Of a stretch of DNA of 64,000 bases, positions 34,985 through 47,020 are shown one piece after another. The notes under the pieces were generated by a model that did not search any database, had not been told where the DNA came from, and worked only from the letters and a program-made list of their open reading frames with translations. This stretch comes from Klebsormidium nitens. Lineage: Eukaryota; Plantae; Klebsormidiophyceae. The stretch spans positions 62,001 to 126,000 of the forward strand of contig DF237148.1 of the NCBI GenBank assembly GCA_000708835.1, read 5' to 3'. Numbering within the stretch: position 1 is the stretch's first letter; each line of letters begins with the position of its first letter. The translations under genes and the position numbers were made by a program.

Positions 34985-36697
34985 CTATTCGCCTACGCCA
35001 AGGCCCACACCAAAGGACACCAAATTACATTCGCAGTCGTACTTCACTCGGCGCCCCCGGACTGAGTGGGTGGCCTTCCCGAGCAGCCGCATCTTGACAA
35101 ACTTCAGCACGGGGTCGCCAGTCGGACCACCCAGTTGTTGCCGCAAGAGCGGCGCGCGCTCTAGCGGCACTGCATCCCAACTCCCGTAGACCTCAAGCCT
35201 CAAGCCGAAGATCTCGACTACGATTATCGGAACAATTCGATCCAGAAGCTGCGTAATGAGTGGCCAGTCTGGGGCCAAGGATTCTGCAATTGCGTGCAAA
35301 GAATAATCGCTCAGCCACGGAGCTGCGATACTGTGAGGAATCTAGCGCCTCCGCTGCCCCCTTTCTTACAGAAAGCTCGGCCAGCGAAATCAGCATTGGA
35401 GGGCTAGAGAGACGCCGATCCCTAAGCGACTGGCAGCGACTGGGAAGCCTTGTCGCTCAGACACCGTCCGCAGCGCGCGCCCGAGCACTTCCATCAGGAC
35501 TTCCGTCACACATCCGTCACGTCATGCAGCAGCTTCGAGGGCGACGTGGCACAATCACACAGCGCCACCTCAGCAGGAAACTCTCTGAGCAGCCCCGGGA
35601 AGGTGTGGATTCACAAAACGTTTCGGACAGAGCTTCCCCGCGGTGAAGGTCGACAACAACATTGCCAGCCTCGGTCAGCACTCCGGATTGGAGAAAGTCA
35701 CGGTGCCCAGGAGACCGCATCGGGGCTCCAAATGCAGGCAGGCAGCGGGACGGGTGGGCGAGAAGCAGAGGAGGCGAAGCAGAATGACAAAATAGCATCA
35801 AAAATTTGCACGGTGTGGAACACCAAAGTCGTGAGTCACTGACTGGTTCTCCATACTTTGGAACTTCGTTTGCCGGGTTGTGCTCATGCCTCCAGGCAAG
35901 GAGAACTTGCACAAGGACGGGTTCTCAGACGCACACGAATCTCTGAAGAACGTTGAAAAGAGCAACCTATCGAGACAGCGTAACTTCCATCAGAAGTGAC
36001 GCACAGATGACTGCAAAAATACCTTTTGGCAATATTGCCCCGCATTGGCGTGCGGGTCGAGCTGCGTGCCTTCAAAACCAGACTTTTATTGTCGAACACT
36101 TGGGTAGCGGCTCCATTCCCTGTTAACAAGATGTTGATATGCAGATTCAGTCAAATTTTCGGACGGGAGGATGCCAGTCAGAACAATCTAACAAACGAGG
36201 AATCTTTCTGCTCACAAACGTCGAGCAGGTTTTGTGCAAGACGTGGGGAAAGCATTCTCAACATAGGCCTAGAAGGCCGTTCTAGAATCTCAAAATTTGG
36301 AATCAGGGAGTTGATGCGGACCTCGTAAGGTCTGACAATCTCAAGGGAGCAGGACGCTCGACATAGGCCTAAAAAGACCGAACTAAGGTTTTGAGGGGGA
36401 CAGCTAAGAACAAGTAAACGATTCTGACAGCAACTATTAGCTGCCCTTATGACGGGGCAAACATTCAGCGGCTGATTCTGGTTGTCCAAGCCGTCTCTGA
36501 GCCGGTACGCAAACGTCCACACATCATCGTGCTGCCCAATCACCTTTCCGACGTGGTCGGACATCCACCCTGCAGGAAGGTCAAGCATTTTGCAGTCTTT
36601 GATAGTCGAAGTAATCTAGCTTCTAGACATCGATGGCTGCGTAATCTGGATGTTTGCCTCCGGAATAGGTATAGTAATTTCCGTTGAAACGCACGGT
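34985..36697 (-). CDS. Orphan spliced gene B, product unknown, 5' end abuts the SET remnant
   Basis: Strong acceptor tgctaatttccacttcttttgtccctgcag|36697 (TVRFNGNYYTYSG); segment WMSDHVGKVIGQHDDVWTFAYRLRDGLDNQ (~36570-36450); probable exon ~36120-36025; terminal exon to 34985 (AESLAPDWPLITQLLDRIVPIIVVEIFGLRLEVYGSWDAVPLERAPLL...KYDCECNLVSFGVGLG). Confidence 0.45.
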
Positions 36698-36745
36698 CTG
36701 CAGGGACAAAAGAAGTGGAAAATTAGCATCTGCCCTCCTCATTCG

Positions 36746-37590
36746 TTTCACCGCTCTCCCAGTTGGCTCGTTGCTGCTCGCATTCCGCCCCTCTGCTGCG
36801 GATCCGCTGCAAGCCCCGCCCGGACTTCCCCCCATGCTTGCGCTCTTCGCCGTCTCCTCAACAATCCGCCGCCGTTTCCCCCCTGGCAACACCGCCTCCT
36901 TGGCTTCACTGCCGCTTTGCGTACCATTCCCTCTCCGACTCTCCAAAGCTGGCTCGCGCGTATCTCCGTCCGCTTCCGTTGCGCGCGGCCTGAAGGACAG
37001 CTCGGGGGACGGGTTTCGCTCGACGGCGGGGCTCTCCGCCCCAGTGTTGGGCGGCGGTTCGCTGTTTTCGGGGAGGCGGATAGGCTCCGCCGGGGGAGTC
37101 GCACTGGGCTGCATGTCAACGTCCAGACCCGCGGCATCTGCATGAGAATGAGAGGAAAGTTCATTTTCTGACCGCTTTCTAAGCTTCGAATGAGGAACTG
37201 TTGCCGACCAGAACGGGGCACAGGTTTCGTCCTTCGAAAAGCGTTAAGGGTTCACGCGCTTGCCTTTGGATTGCAGCGGAATCAAAGTCAACTGGAATCG
37301 GACTCCAATGTTTACTTTTCCGTGCTGGACCTGCGTCGGGCTTGAGAACGATCCGCTGTTTCAAGGACGATGCAATCAGAGCCAGTAAGAAAATAGCGCA
37401 GGACTGCCTCATTGAAGCAGACCTTCCGTTTTCAGGGTAGAAAAGATTGGATGCCAGAAGCAGATTCTCATGTTCTTAAAGAGGGAGATCCTGACCCGTT
37501 GGTCTGGCAGTGGGGAGTCTTGGGCACGCTATGGTGACCGTGAAAGAACCGACGGCGCTCATCCGCTTGGGAAGGCTGCACGCGCAAAAA
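36746..37590 (-). pseudogene. Internal fragment of the SET gene (exons 4, 5 and first part of 6); no SET domain, no exons 1-2
   Basis: ORF 36623-37114 matches the first ~125 aa of ORF 24510-25751 then diverges after GRAVKR; exon-5 copy HGKVNIGVRFQLTLIPLQSK present upstream. Confidence 0.8.
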
Positions 37591-38099
37591 AATTGAAGGG
37601 TAATTCACAAGCACCAATGGCAGCGTTCAACTAGCAGGAAGATATGACAGGAACAAGAATGTTCAAATGGAACTGGAAAGATTCTGTGCATTCTGATCAG
37701 GTCATCCTTAGACATCATCTGTCCGCACTGCTATTGAGAGCGCCACCAGCTCTTGACCACTCGCGGTCGAGCACTGGCCGTCATGCCAACTTCTATGTCC
37801 CTGCCAATGATAAAGCAGCTGGTCTTACCTTGGTTGCCCTGCATGACCCCACATTATCTTCATTCTTCTCTGACGTCGCGCACACCTGAAAGGCCTAAGC
37901 GCCGCGGACGATCCTTGACATGGGAACAAAGTGCTTAACAGCAGCAATCTGAACTCCAAGGCCTTGACCACTGCCAGAAACACGCAACAATGTGTGAAAG
38001 AGCGCCACGAGCCCCTCTGTCCTGGCAACGCGAAGGTTGCATTTCACTGCATTCAACCTCAGGCTTCAGCTGGCTTCAGCTGAGCTGCTCCACGACAGA

Positions 38100-38430
38100 C
38101 ATTTCACCATATTTCCAAACATTGTTTCGACGTCAGAGCTGAGGAAATTTCATTGGGTTTCGAAGGCTTCGATTCGAAGTGCTCAGTGTTGATTCAGCCT
38201 GCACAAGCTCGTAGCAGCGTCGAAAGTCCGTGACGGGACAGATGCACTCTTGCTCGGCGTCGAACTTCGACTCTCGCTAAGGTCAAAATAAATTGCTCGA
38301 ATTTAATCCGCTGATTGAATTCACATGCAGTCCTTCACAGTTCTCCTCAGGCTCAGGCTCCATCATGACATGCAGCAGATAGCAGGGTGTCTCATGCCAA
38401 TGGTCATCTGACGCCCAGCGCCTTGCCCCA
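38100..38430. promoter_or_regulatory. Putative bidirectional promoter upstream of intact ANKZF1
   Basis: Palindromes cttcgattcgaag (38167-38179) and gtcgaacttcgac (38259-38271) conserved with copy 1. Confidence 0.45.
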
Positions 38431-38433
38431 ACA

Positions 38434-41400
38434 ATGGCGCCCAAAGCTGCTGTTCCCAAGGCTTTGGAGCAATCTGTTCCTAGTGACATCTTCCAGCTGA
38501 CTCACAGCTTCTTAAGCGGTGTTGCTGTGTTTGAGCCAAGAAGGATCAGCGAGGATCAAACTGGCATCGCTCCCGGCGCAGACGTTGCATCCAATGAGAT
38601 TGGGGAAAGTTCAGTCGGTCCAGACTCTGCTAAAAGCTCAGCTGCTCCGGATTCTAAGCTGCTGGAGTCTGCAGTGGTGTCGGGAAAAGCGCCTCATAAT
38701 CATCAAGAAGCACAGGAGTCTGCTTCTAAGGAAGTGACAAGTGACGTTGCTAATGACATAAGAAATGGTGATTTGATTGGAGCCACAGGGGCAGGTCAGG
38801 AGAAAGGCGAAGAGAAGGGCGCGGAGATGGGCAAGTGGTCATGCCTTGGTTGTGGGAAGGTCGCCTTTGAATCTCTTGAGGAGCAGCGGGCACACTATCG
38901 GTCTGATTGGCATCGACTAAATGTGAGTGAAAGGGGACGAACTGTTCAGCAATTTGTGGACAACTGTGATTTGTGTTGATTGTTGGCTAGGTTGCTCACA
39001 ATGATAGATGGATTTTAGAAAAAACGATGGTGGCATTAAGTAGGCAGGTCTGTCATTCCCAGACTGATCACATAGTGGTGGTTGTTTCTGACCGTGAGAG
39101 ACCAGCGCGATGTGTAGGTGCTGCAGGAAAATACAATAAATTGTTCTCTCAAAGCTTAAACACCATCAAGCGTGTCCACATCTCCCCACCAGGTGAAGCG
39201 CCGCCTTAGTCATAAGGACCCTCTTTCTCTGGAGAGTTTTGAGTCCATGGTGGAAGAGGGGCCGAACAGCGACATTGAGAGCATATCTGGCTCAGAGAGT
39301 GAGGATGAAGCTGAAAGAAGTGGGGCAAAGGTGGGTGCCAGGACTGCACGCTTAGTAAGTGTGTCGTGGTTAAGGACACTCGCAGTTTTGTCAGTGCATG
39401 TATCTAATGTTCTTCAAGTATGTGTCTTTTAAGTCTTGCATTGAGTTGAATGAGGCATGGCCTCTGAATGCGCGTGGAGTGGCCTTGTTGCGATTCAAAA
39501 TATCGAGAGAAGGAACATCATTTCGTTATCTTCTGCTTCATTCCCGAACCTGCTTTACAGCCATGCTTTCATAGCGTCGAGCTGCCCCTCAACCTTTGGT
39601 GGTCACCAGATCACTTTGACTTCAACAAGCAACCTTTTCTGTTGCACAGCAGCCAAGTCATCGGAGTGCGAGGATTGCATTCCAGACCTCAGCAAGCGTT
39701 CCTTTCTCCATTTGGAGGTGCCTGATTGGAGGGGAGAAGGAGCAGCTCTTTGGCTTTCATGACAAGGTCAGTCCAGATTTCTCACTCTCCGGGCTGCAAG
39801 TTTCTCAAGAACCTTGCAGATTCTATGGTACTCCCTCGAGACGGAGCTTCTACAGCCGTGCTTGGATTGTATGCATGCAGCAAAGCTGTGTCGTTTCTGG
39901 CTCCTGCCCTCTTTCTCTGTCGTGAATCACATGATGATTCTGCCTTGTGCTGTTGAACACTCCTCGTTCCACATCGCCTGTTGCAGAAGGTCACGGCTGT
40001 ACATGACATCAAACACACGAAGTGCGTTTCTACCCTGATGTTTGCGTTGAACGATATTAGGAGTCGTGAAAGAAAATTCACATCCACAGTTGCCCCACGT
40101 GTCTCCAGGGTCATTGAGGATGCCCTCAACTTTCACAGGTGCCGCAGGGGCGAACTTTCCTGATGCAGGTTCACAAAGTTCCCTCGAAAGATTGCGTGGC
40201 AGTCCGAACTTGTCAATCGTGTGCAGGTTCTGTCTGCTGACGAAACAATAGCCAGCTTGAAAGCGCTTGCGGACCCAGGCCGGGGGCCCTGGGTGGTTCT
40301 ACTGCTCAGTGGGGGCCACTTTGCGGGAGCGGTGTTCGACTCAAAGGGGCAGGTCCTAGTGCACTCAACGGCCCACAGGTACATGGTCGTGATATTTGAT
40401 TGTTGCTTGAGACGATTTTCAGCCAACTTCAGTTAATTACACAAATCAAGAACGTTCAACCTCGGGTCAAAGGCTGACCTTCTCGACGCAGCTCCTGGAT
40501 GAGGTGTAACCAGTACTTTCAACTTCGTCTTCGAATTTTCCTGGGAAATCAGCACTGGGCAAAGATTGTACTGACAGGCCCAATAGATCAGGGCAAGAAG
40601 AGACGTCGCCGACGGAAGACAAAGGACGGGTCAACAATTGACCAGCCTTTCCGTGCCAGGTACGTCGTGCGTGCAAAGCAGGGGGGCCGGCAGTCGGCCA
40701 AGGACAACACCGGAAGGGCGCCGAAGTCGGGGGGCGCATCACTCCGTCGCTACAATGAAGCTGCTCTGGAAAAGGTTCGTCGTCTGAGTTATGTTTTGCA
40801 ACGTTTGTATCCCTGAAGTAGGTCTGCTCGTCTTTGGAAAACCTGTTTGCTTGTCCGAAAAGTTCTTTGATTGTTTCTTAAGACGACTTGAGTCTGAACG
40901 AGTTTGCAAAACAGGGAACTGGCCGAGAGACTGCGTCAATAAGACGCAGCTATGAATCCCTCCGTGGTACTGTCGATTGTTTTCACCACGAAGTCGAGAG
41001 TTTCGACGACAGGAGTAGAGATTTTTCCAAGGCGCCCTGATCACGGTGAAGTCATAGAATCAATTGATCCACAGTGCAAATATTCGATCTGAGTAGATGC
41101 GTTATGGCTCTTAGACGTCTCACTCGTGATTGCCAAAGATGCCTGTCAAGGCCTTCCGGTATAACTCAAGCACATAGCCAGCAACTGTCCCCGATAGAAT
41201 GGAGAAGCGCTCTGGCGTCGAATGTGTCTCAGAAAGTCAGCAAAGATGCTTACTAAGTATCCGTTGTGACGTCACTTCTACCCCAGGACGTCAGGGACGT
41301 GCTTGCCAGCTGGCAGGAGCATCTTCGAGCAGCCGCCCTCGTCTTCGTACGAGCATCTTCTGCGGACCAGAAAACGCTCTTTCTTGGTCAGTGCTTTAGC

Positions 41401-44400
41401 CCGGCCCTTGTCTCAGTCTTCGGTTTGTTCCTTTTGCAACCAAACTCGGTCGTATTGTGCAGGTACTCGTTGCGGAGGGCTGTATATGCTGGTAAACGAG
41501 GATCTAGCATCTTAGCAGGAGATCACCTGAGTGACTCTTCAACTTAGGAGCCGTGGCCGTTTCACTGTGTGCGATACTGATCTGTCCGCCACTTCTGGCG
41601 CCTACTTACGATGCCGAAGCACTGTGGTCGCAAAGCGCCTGATGGCGTCAGCGTCGGTAGGGCTGACGTCTTCCTTGGCGGTTGCTCCGCAGGCGAGAAC
41701 CCGCCGCTTCAGAGGGACGATCCCCGGCTGCGGCGCATCCCCTTCGTTACCCGACGCCCGACCTTCAGGTGAAGCTGCAAGCAGCCTTCCAAGGTCCATG
41801 GAAACATTTGGTGCATTCTCGTTGCAAACGCCCGCACTGAACTTCCACGCTTTCTGGGGAGACCTCAGCCTTTGTGGAGGTCTGAAATGCTACCTGTCCG
41901 TACGAGCTCTCCCAAAGAAGGTTCTTCGAGTTTACAGTTCTGAAGCTCGTCAAATGTCGCTTTTGTGCTTCTTTTCCGATCTTTAAAGGTTCTTCGAACG
42001 CGTAAACAGAAGAGCGGCCTTCGGACGCTACCTAGGTACATCCAACTTTCTCCATCGTACTCTAGAATCTGGCGTCTCGCCTGTTTGCGTTCCTTATATC
42101 GGCAGTCCATTCGGATTCTGCCATTAGGAGATGCTTCGGCTCATTGGCAGGCAGAAACTTTGTTATTCACGTTATGCATTGTTGTGAACACGCGCCTTAT
42201 AGGTCGCCCCTTCACGCTGCTGCGAACACCTGCCGGTCTCGGCAGGTTGCCTGTACCTCCTGTTTCCGCCCCCATGGAAAGCGCATCAATCGAAGTACGA
42301 CAAAGCCAGCAACTGAGAAGGGCTTCTTCTCTTTGCAGCGAAACGAAGCGCGTGGTCCACCTACTGGCCGCCCTCGACACCCGCCCCGAAATGATGCCCT
42401 CATTACCCGCCCCGGAGGCCGAAACTTCGAAACCCGTCCCGAAACCTAAACCTCCTAAACCCTCCAAAGCGGCCGCGCCCGAGCCGGAACCCGCCCCCGA
42501 GCCGACGCTGTCGCTCGCAACGCCGCTGCACGTGGCCAGTGAAGCAGGGGACGAGGAACGAATACAGGAGCTATTGGAAGGTAGAGTCCAAAATTTGACT
42601 CCGAAATCTGCTCGGCTTCTTCTTTACTCCCTTTTTTGCATTTGTGAAAATCGAGGCCGTCGTTCGCAACGCCGCTGCACGTGGCCAGTGAAGGTGGGGA
42701 CGAGGAACGGATACAAGATCTCTTGGAAGGTAGAGCTTCGGATTCTGATACCGAAGGTTGCGTGCTTGATGGGCTTCTTCATCCCTTAGCCCTTCTTTAT
42801 CCTTCTGCTAAGGAAGGACGGTAGAGCTTTAAACGCTAACACCGGAATTACTTCTATCAGGGTTCTTCATCATGTGCGCTTGCGTACCCTTTTGCGGAGT
42901 TCGGGCATGCTCCGGTTCGGATCATGCGGGACCGTACGGCGGAGCGTTAGTGTTCCCCCTAGTGCGATCCTTAGACTGCTATCTGAAAAACTTTCTGTTG
43001 GGCCACGAAAGCTAAGGCTAAAGTACACTTGGCAGGCCGCGACTGCAAGCGGTTCACTTAGCGAACGCTCACTTGCACATCTGGACTGTTCAGGTTGCTC
43101 CTGAGTGCAAGCATTCAGTAAACGTTCGGCTTCGAATGAAAGCTAACATTTGCACGAGGGCCGGAAGGCCGCAAGGATCGACGCCAAAGCTATGCTAGTA
43201 CTCAGCACCAAAATAGTGGCGCGCAAAATTCGCTTTCAGAGAGCATTCCCGGGTTGATCATCTGCTGAATCCTTCCCGTGACAGGTGGCGCGGACCCGTG
43301 CGTGCGGGACGAACGAGGGCGGACGCCGTACATGGCAGCGAAGGAGAAGGGCGTACGGAACGTTTTCCGGAGGTAATCTCCACATTTCTGGGCTCTGTAA
43401 AAACCGTGAAAAGTGGACATCGACGTCCAACTTCAGTCTGCAATTGGTGTTTGTGGATCCGTTGGGATATTGGCGCGCGCAACGTGATCTGCGGCGCGTG
43501 CCGTTATGTGCGGCGCACGGCGTCATGTGCCGCGCACGTTGGATCTAGTGGGTAAATGGGTTGTCGTATTCAAGACGGTAAAGCCGCGGCGATCTGGCCG
43601 GTCTGGTAGCCAGAGGATGCAAAGCAAAGGAAGAACATGCGCGAAAATGAAAGAAGTGCACGTAGTCTCATTCTCGGAAGGTGGCTGTTCTCACACCGCA
43701 TTCTCGAGCACCTTGAAACAGATCCAAGAAGCGGGATCGCTTTTATCTTTGACTTTTTCCTTCTCGCCCAACCACAGCGACCTGTCTGAACAAACCTTGT
43801 GCTACTGTTACGGATCAGTGGGCCTACACTCCCTTATCCATTCCAGCCCCATCTTGTATCTTCCCGTCATCATATACCTAGCTCTCTGCAGTGACTCTTT
43901 TCCGCTGCCCACAACTCCTACGACTGTGACGAACATACTGCTTCACGTTCTTCGACCAGCGAAGTCCCAGTCTGTTTCCCTACGATCGTAGCCAACATGG
44001 ATTTTAGGGTTTTTCTTCTCATTTTGTTCCCCAAAATCCCACCCACAGAAACGTCTTGGTTTTGCGCTTTCGTTCGCTATGCTGTGCTCTTTGGCGTTTC
44101 TTGCGACAGCAGCCAGCAGTCCCTCATTCTTTGCGCAGATTTATGGCGGCGTTCCCCGACCGGTGGGACTACACTCTCGCCGCCATCCCCAGCCCCCTGA
44201 CGGAGGACCAGGAAGCCGCGCAGGAGGCGAAGCGAGCGGAAAAGGCGGCCAAGCGGAAGGAAGTGCTCAAGGAGCGGAAGAAAGAAAAGCGCGCGCAGGA
44301 CGCGGCCGCGAAAGCCGCGGAAGAGGCGCGGAAGAAGGAGGAAGAGAGCGCGGCGCTTGCGGCTGCAGCGGCGTCGGCGGTGCGGTATGGGAAGGGGAAG

Positions 44401-45358
44401 GGGCTGAAGGCTGTGCCACTGTCGAAGGCCGAGAAGGAAGAGGTAAGGACTGAGGTTTCTTGCGCTCTGGGAAGATGGAGCCACTTTGATTCTGCCTCCT
44501 TGCTTCATGCTCTGGCCCTATGATGTGTCCCCTGTCCACCTGAACTGCAGACCGCTTGGAATACTCAGAGAAGTAAGACGACTTTGCCGGCGAGCTCTTT
44601 GTCCTTTGGAGCGAAGAGCCGTTTTGTTTCATTTTTCCAATTTCTCTTCTGTGCCATTTGAAGCCCTGCTCGCAGTCCGCCGAAAGGTGCTGGTTCGATT
44701 GCTGGCTGGAAGAAAGTAGTCGAACGCTTCACGGAACCTTGCAAATGTCTTTGTATGCACGTTGTAACAAGGTGCTGCATGTTCGGACAACAGAGTATGC
44801 TCGTGCGCACACCATCGACCAGTAAAGATGACGAGCCATACGTCTTCGATGGTTACCGAGAGGATCCATACACATAATCTGGCCACCCGTTTCGTAAGGA
44901 TTATTGAGTGCATGACCACTCAACTCTATCTGAGCAGCTCCGCATAGAAATAGCTTAAAGCTTCTCCATAAAGGCCTGTCGCGCCTTGTTTCTTGCTGGC
45001 ACCAGTCGCTCACGCACTGGTGGTCGAAGGTGTTTGCCAATGCAAAGAAGAAAGCCGTCGTAACGGCGCACAGCAGATGTACATGTCGCCTGTTTTCCTT
45101 TTGCAGGCTTTGGTGCGGGCCCGTCGAGCCGAGCGAGAAATGAGGGCGTTGGCCGCAGAGAAGCGTCTGCAGCCGGTTGAAAGTAGCTCGTCTGGAGTCG
45201 GAGAAAGCGCACCAAAGCAGGAGAGTAAACAAGCGAACGTGTGTGACTGCTGTGGGGATACCTTGGACGGAAAAGTGCCCTTTCATAGGCTGCAGTTCAA
45301 GTATTGCAGCACGACGTGTGTACGGGTGCACAAACAAGTATTGGAAGAAGAGGGCTGA
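38434..45358 (+). CDS. ANKZF1: ANKZF1/Vms1-like ribosome quality-control factor (C2H2 finger, VLRF1 domain, ankyrin, coiled coil, C-terminal treble-clef finger)
   Basis: Exons 38434-38922, 39193-39330, 39650-39717, (small exon near 39.8 kb uncertain), 40227-40378, 40660-40774, 41287-41386, 41693-41768, 42339-42580, 43285-43372, 44139-44442, 45107-45358. Motifs: CLGCGKVAFESLEEQRAHYRSDWHRLN, LLLSGGHFAGAVF, YVVRAKQGGRQSAKDN, GASLRRYNEAAL, DDPRLRRIPFVTRRPTF, TPLHVASEAGD, GADPCVRDERGRTPY, CDCCG...YCSTTCVRVH. Confidence 0.95.
42660..42735 (+). repeat. Intronic duplicate of the last 76 nt of the ankyrin exon including its GT donor
   Basis: 42511-42586 vs 42660-42735 (offset 149), about 90% identical; FATPLHVASEGGDEERIQDLLE vs LATPLHVASEAGDEERIQELLE. 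Confidence 0.9.
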
Positions 45359-47020
45359 ATCTTCAATCAAAGGAAGCAAAGCAGCCACTTGGGCAACATC
45401 TGATTCCAACCCGCCGGGGCTTCTCTATAATCAGGCGGGCCATTACGTCGATTGCGTCACAAGCTGTTTTGACCAACGCAGTATTATCCTGTGCCAGTAT
45501 TTGGCACGCATTTCCGAGAATCGTCAATCTGCTCTCATATGCGCGGATGCGGGCGGCCAAAATATATGAACAGGTTTCCATCCTGTACGGTCATACATTG
45601 CATTTCTATCCAAATCGAGGAGCGCCTATACGAAAGTCGGACAAGCTCGCGGCCAAGCCTGTAAATTTTGGCTCAATCAGTGTTCAAATCTTGGATATCA
45701 TGTTAGTTTTGCAATCATTGGATTGAGCATACAGAGTAACTGAGTGGCCGGCGGCCCCGGTCCATCTTCTTGTATGTGCATGGTGTTTCAGTCACCAGGT
45801 CCGATCGACTTCGTACGGTAGCTTCGTCTAGGTGGGTCCAGCAGCTAGCGCGGCTATATGTCACAGTTAGTAAAGTTGAAACCTAGTATAGCGGCGCCTA
45901 CTACGTGATTCAAATGTTTAGACAAATACCTGACATCGTTGCGCTACAGAAGCCAGCGCCAACTGCCCCGCGGCAGCACAAGCTTGTCATTTCGGACCAC
46001 GTTCGACCCGTACCCGCGCATGCATGATCCGACGACCATTTCATCTCTATGCAGCATGGTGCCGATCTGTGACCTACATGCTAGTATGCTCAGCTATACT
46101 GGTGCCATGACAATGACAATGGATCGTCTGAGGGTCAAAAGCGATTTATAAAGATGCGCCATGCGAAAATGGATCGCGAAACGGAGCGGCAAATCTGAAA
46201 ATACCAGATCCTGGGAAAAAGGACGAACGTGTTCATTTCGAACTTACCGTCAAGACTCTGCTCTTTGACTAGTAACTTATGTGTGCATATGTGCCTCAGT
46301 GTCCCTCTCGCTTTCCTAAATACTGATGACTATAGAGCGAGATACTTTATCCGGACGTGCCTAATCCCCTTTGCTCGGTCCTTCATAGGACCAGGCTTGT
46401 GCGCACGTGCCTAAAAATTCTCGCTCCCTAATTTTATCCTGATCACTCCGAGAGACTAGCTATGAACGCAAAACAATACAAGCGGTTTGAGCACGAGCTG
46501 CGGCCGTTCCGGAGTTCTCAGCACTTCAGCCAATCTACAGGCCGTTGCTCTAGCTTTAGTTTAGTTTTTCTGAATGCTCAAAACAAGACGCACATAAGAG
46601 ACGCTGTGGTGCTGATGAGGATGATGACGACCATCCAATCCGCTGCAAGGACTCGAAAAAAAAACGTTCTAAGCATCTGATGCCAAATAGATTAACCAAC
46701 AATTTGATTGCCCTCACATTTTACAAATATTTGGATCGAACACGCGATAAACAAGGAGAGACACAACCAAGGGAGCTGGTTGTAGTGCTTTGCACTATAC
46801 CAAGACCAAGCAACGATCAGTCGGAGTATTTCGGACCGGGATATTGTACAGCCCCTACGTCCATTCATCTGGGCGACGTACTTTCATCGCTTAATCCCCC
46901 ACAATTCGGCTGACGCTTAGTTCGGACCTTGACGTGGTGGCAGCTAAAAAATCTCCCGGGCCGCGATGTTGGAGGCTGAAGGCGTGGTTCAAGAGCTGTA
47001 AAATGGTGCCCATTCCTAGT

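Larger units (their letters stand above)
36746..39570. repeat. Segmental duplication, copy 2 (lacks ~3.85 kb present in copy 1 at ~26240-30090)
   Basis: Similarity to 26235 stops at ~37590 and similarity to ~30090 resumes at ~37630. Confidence 0.9.
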
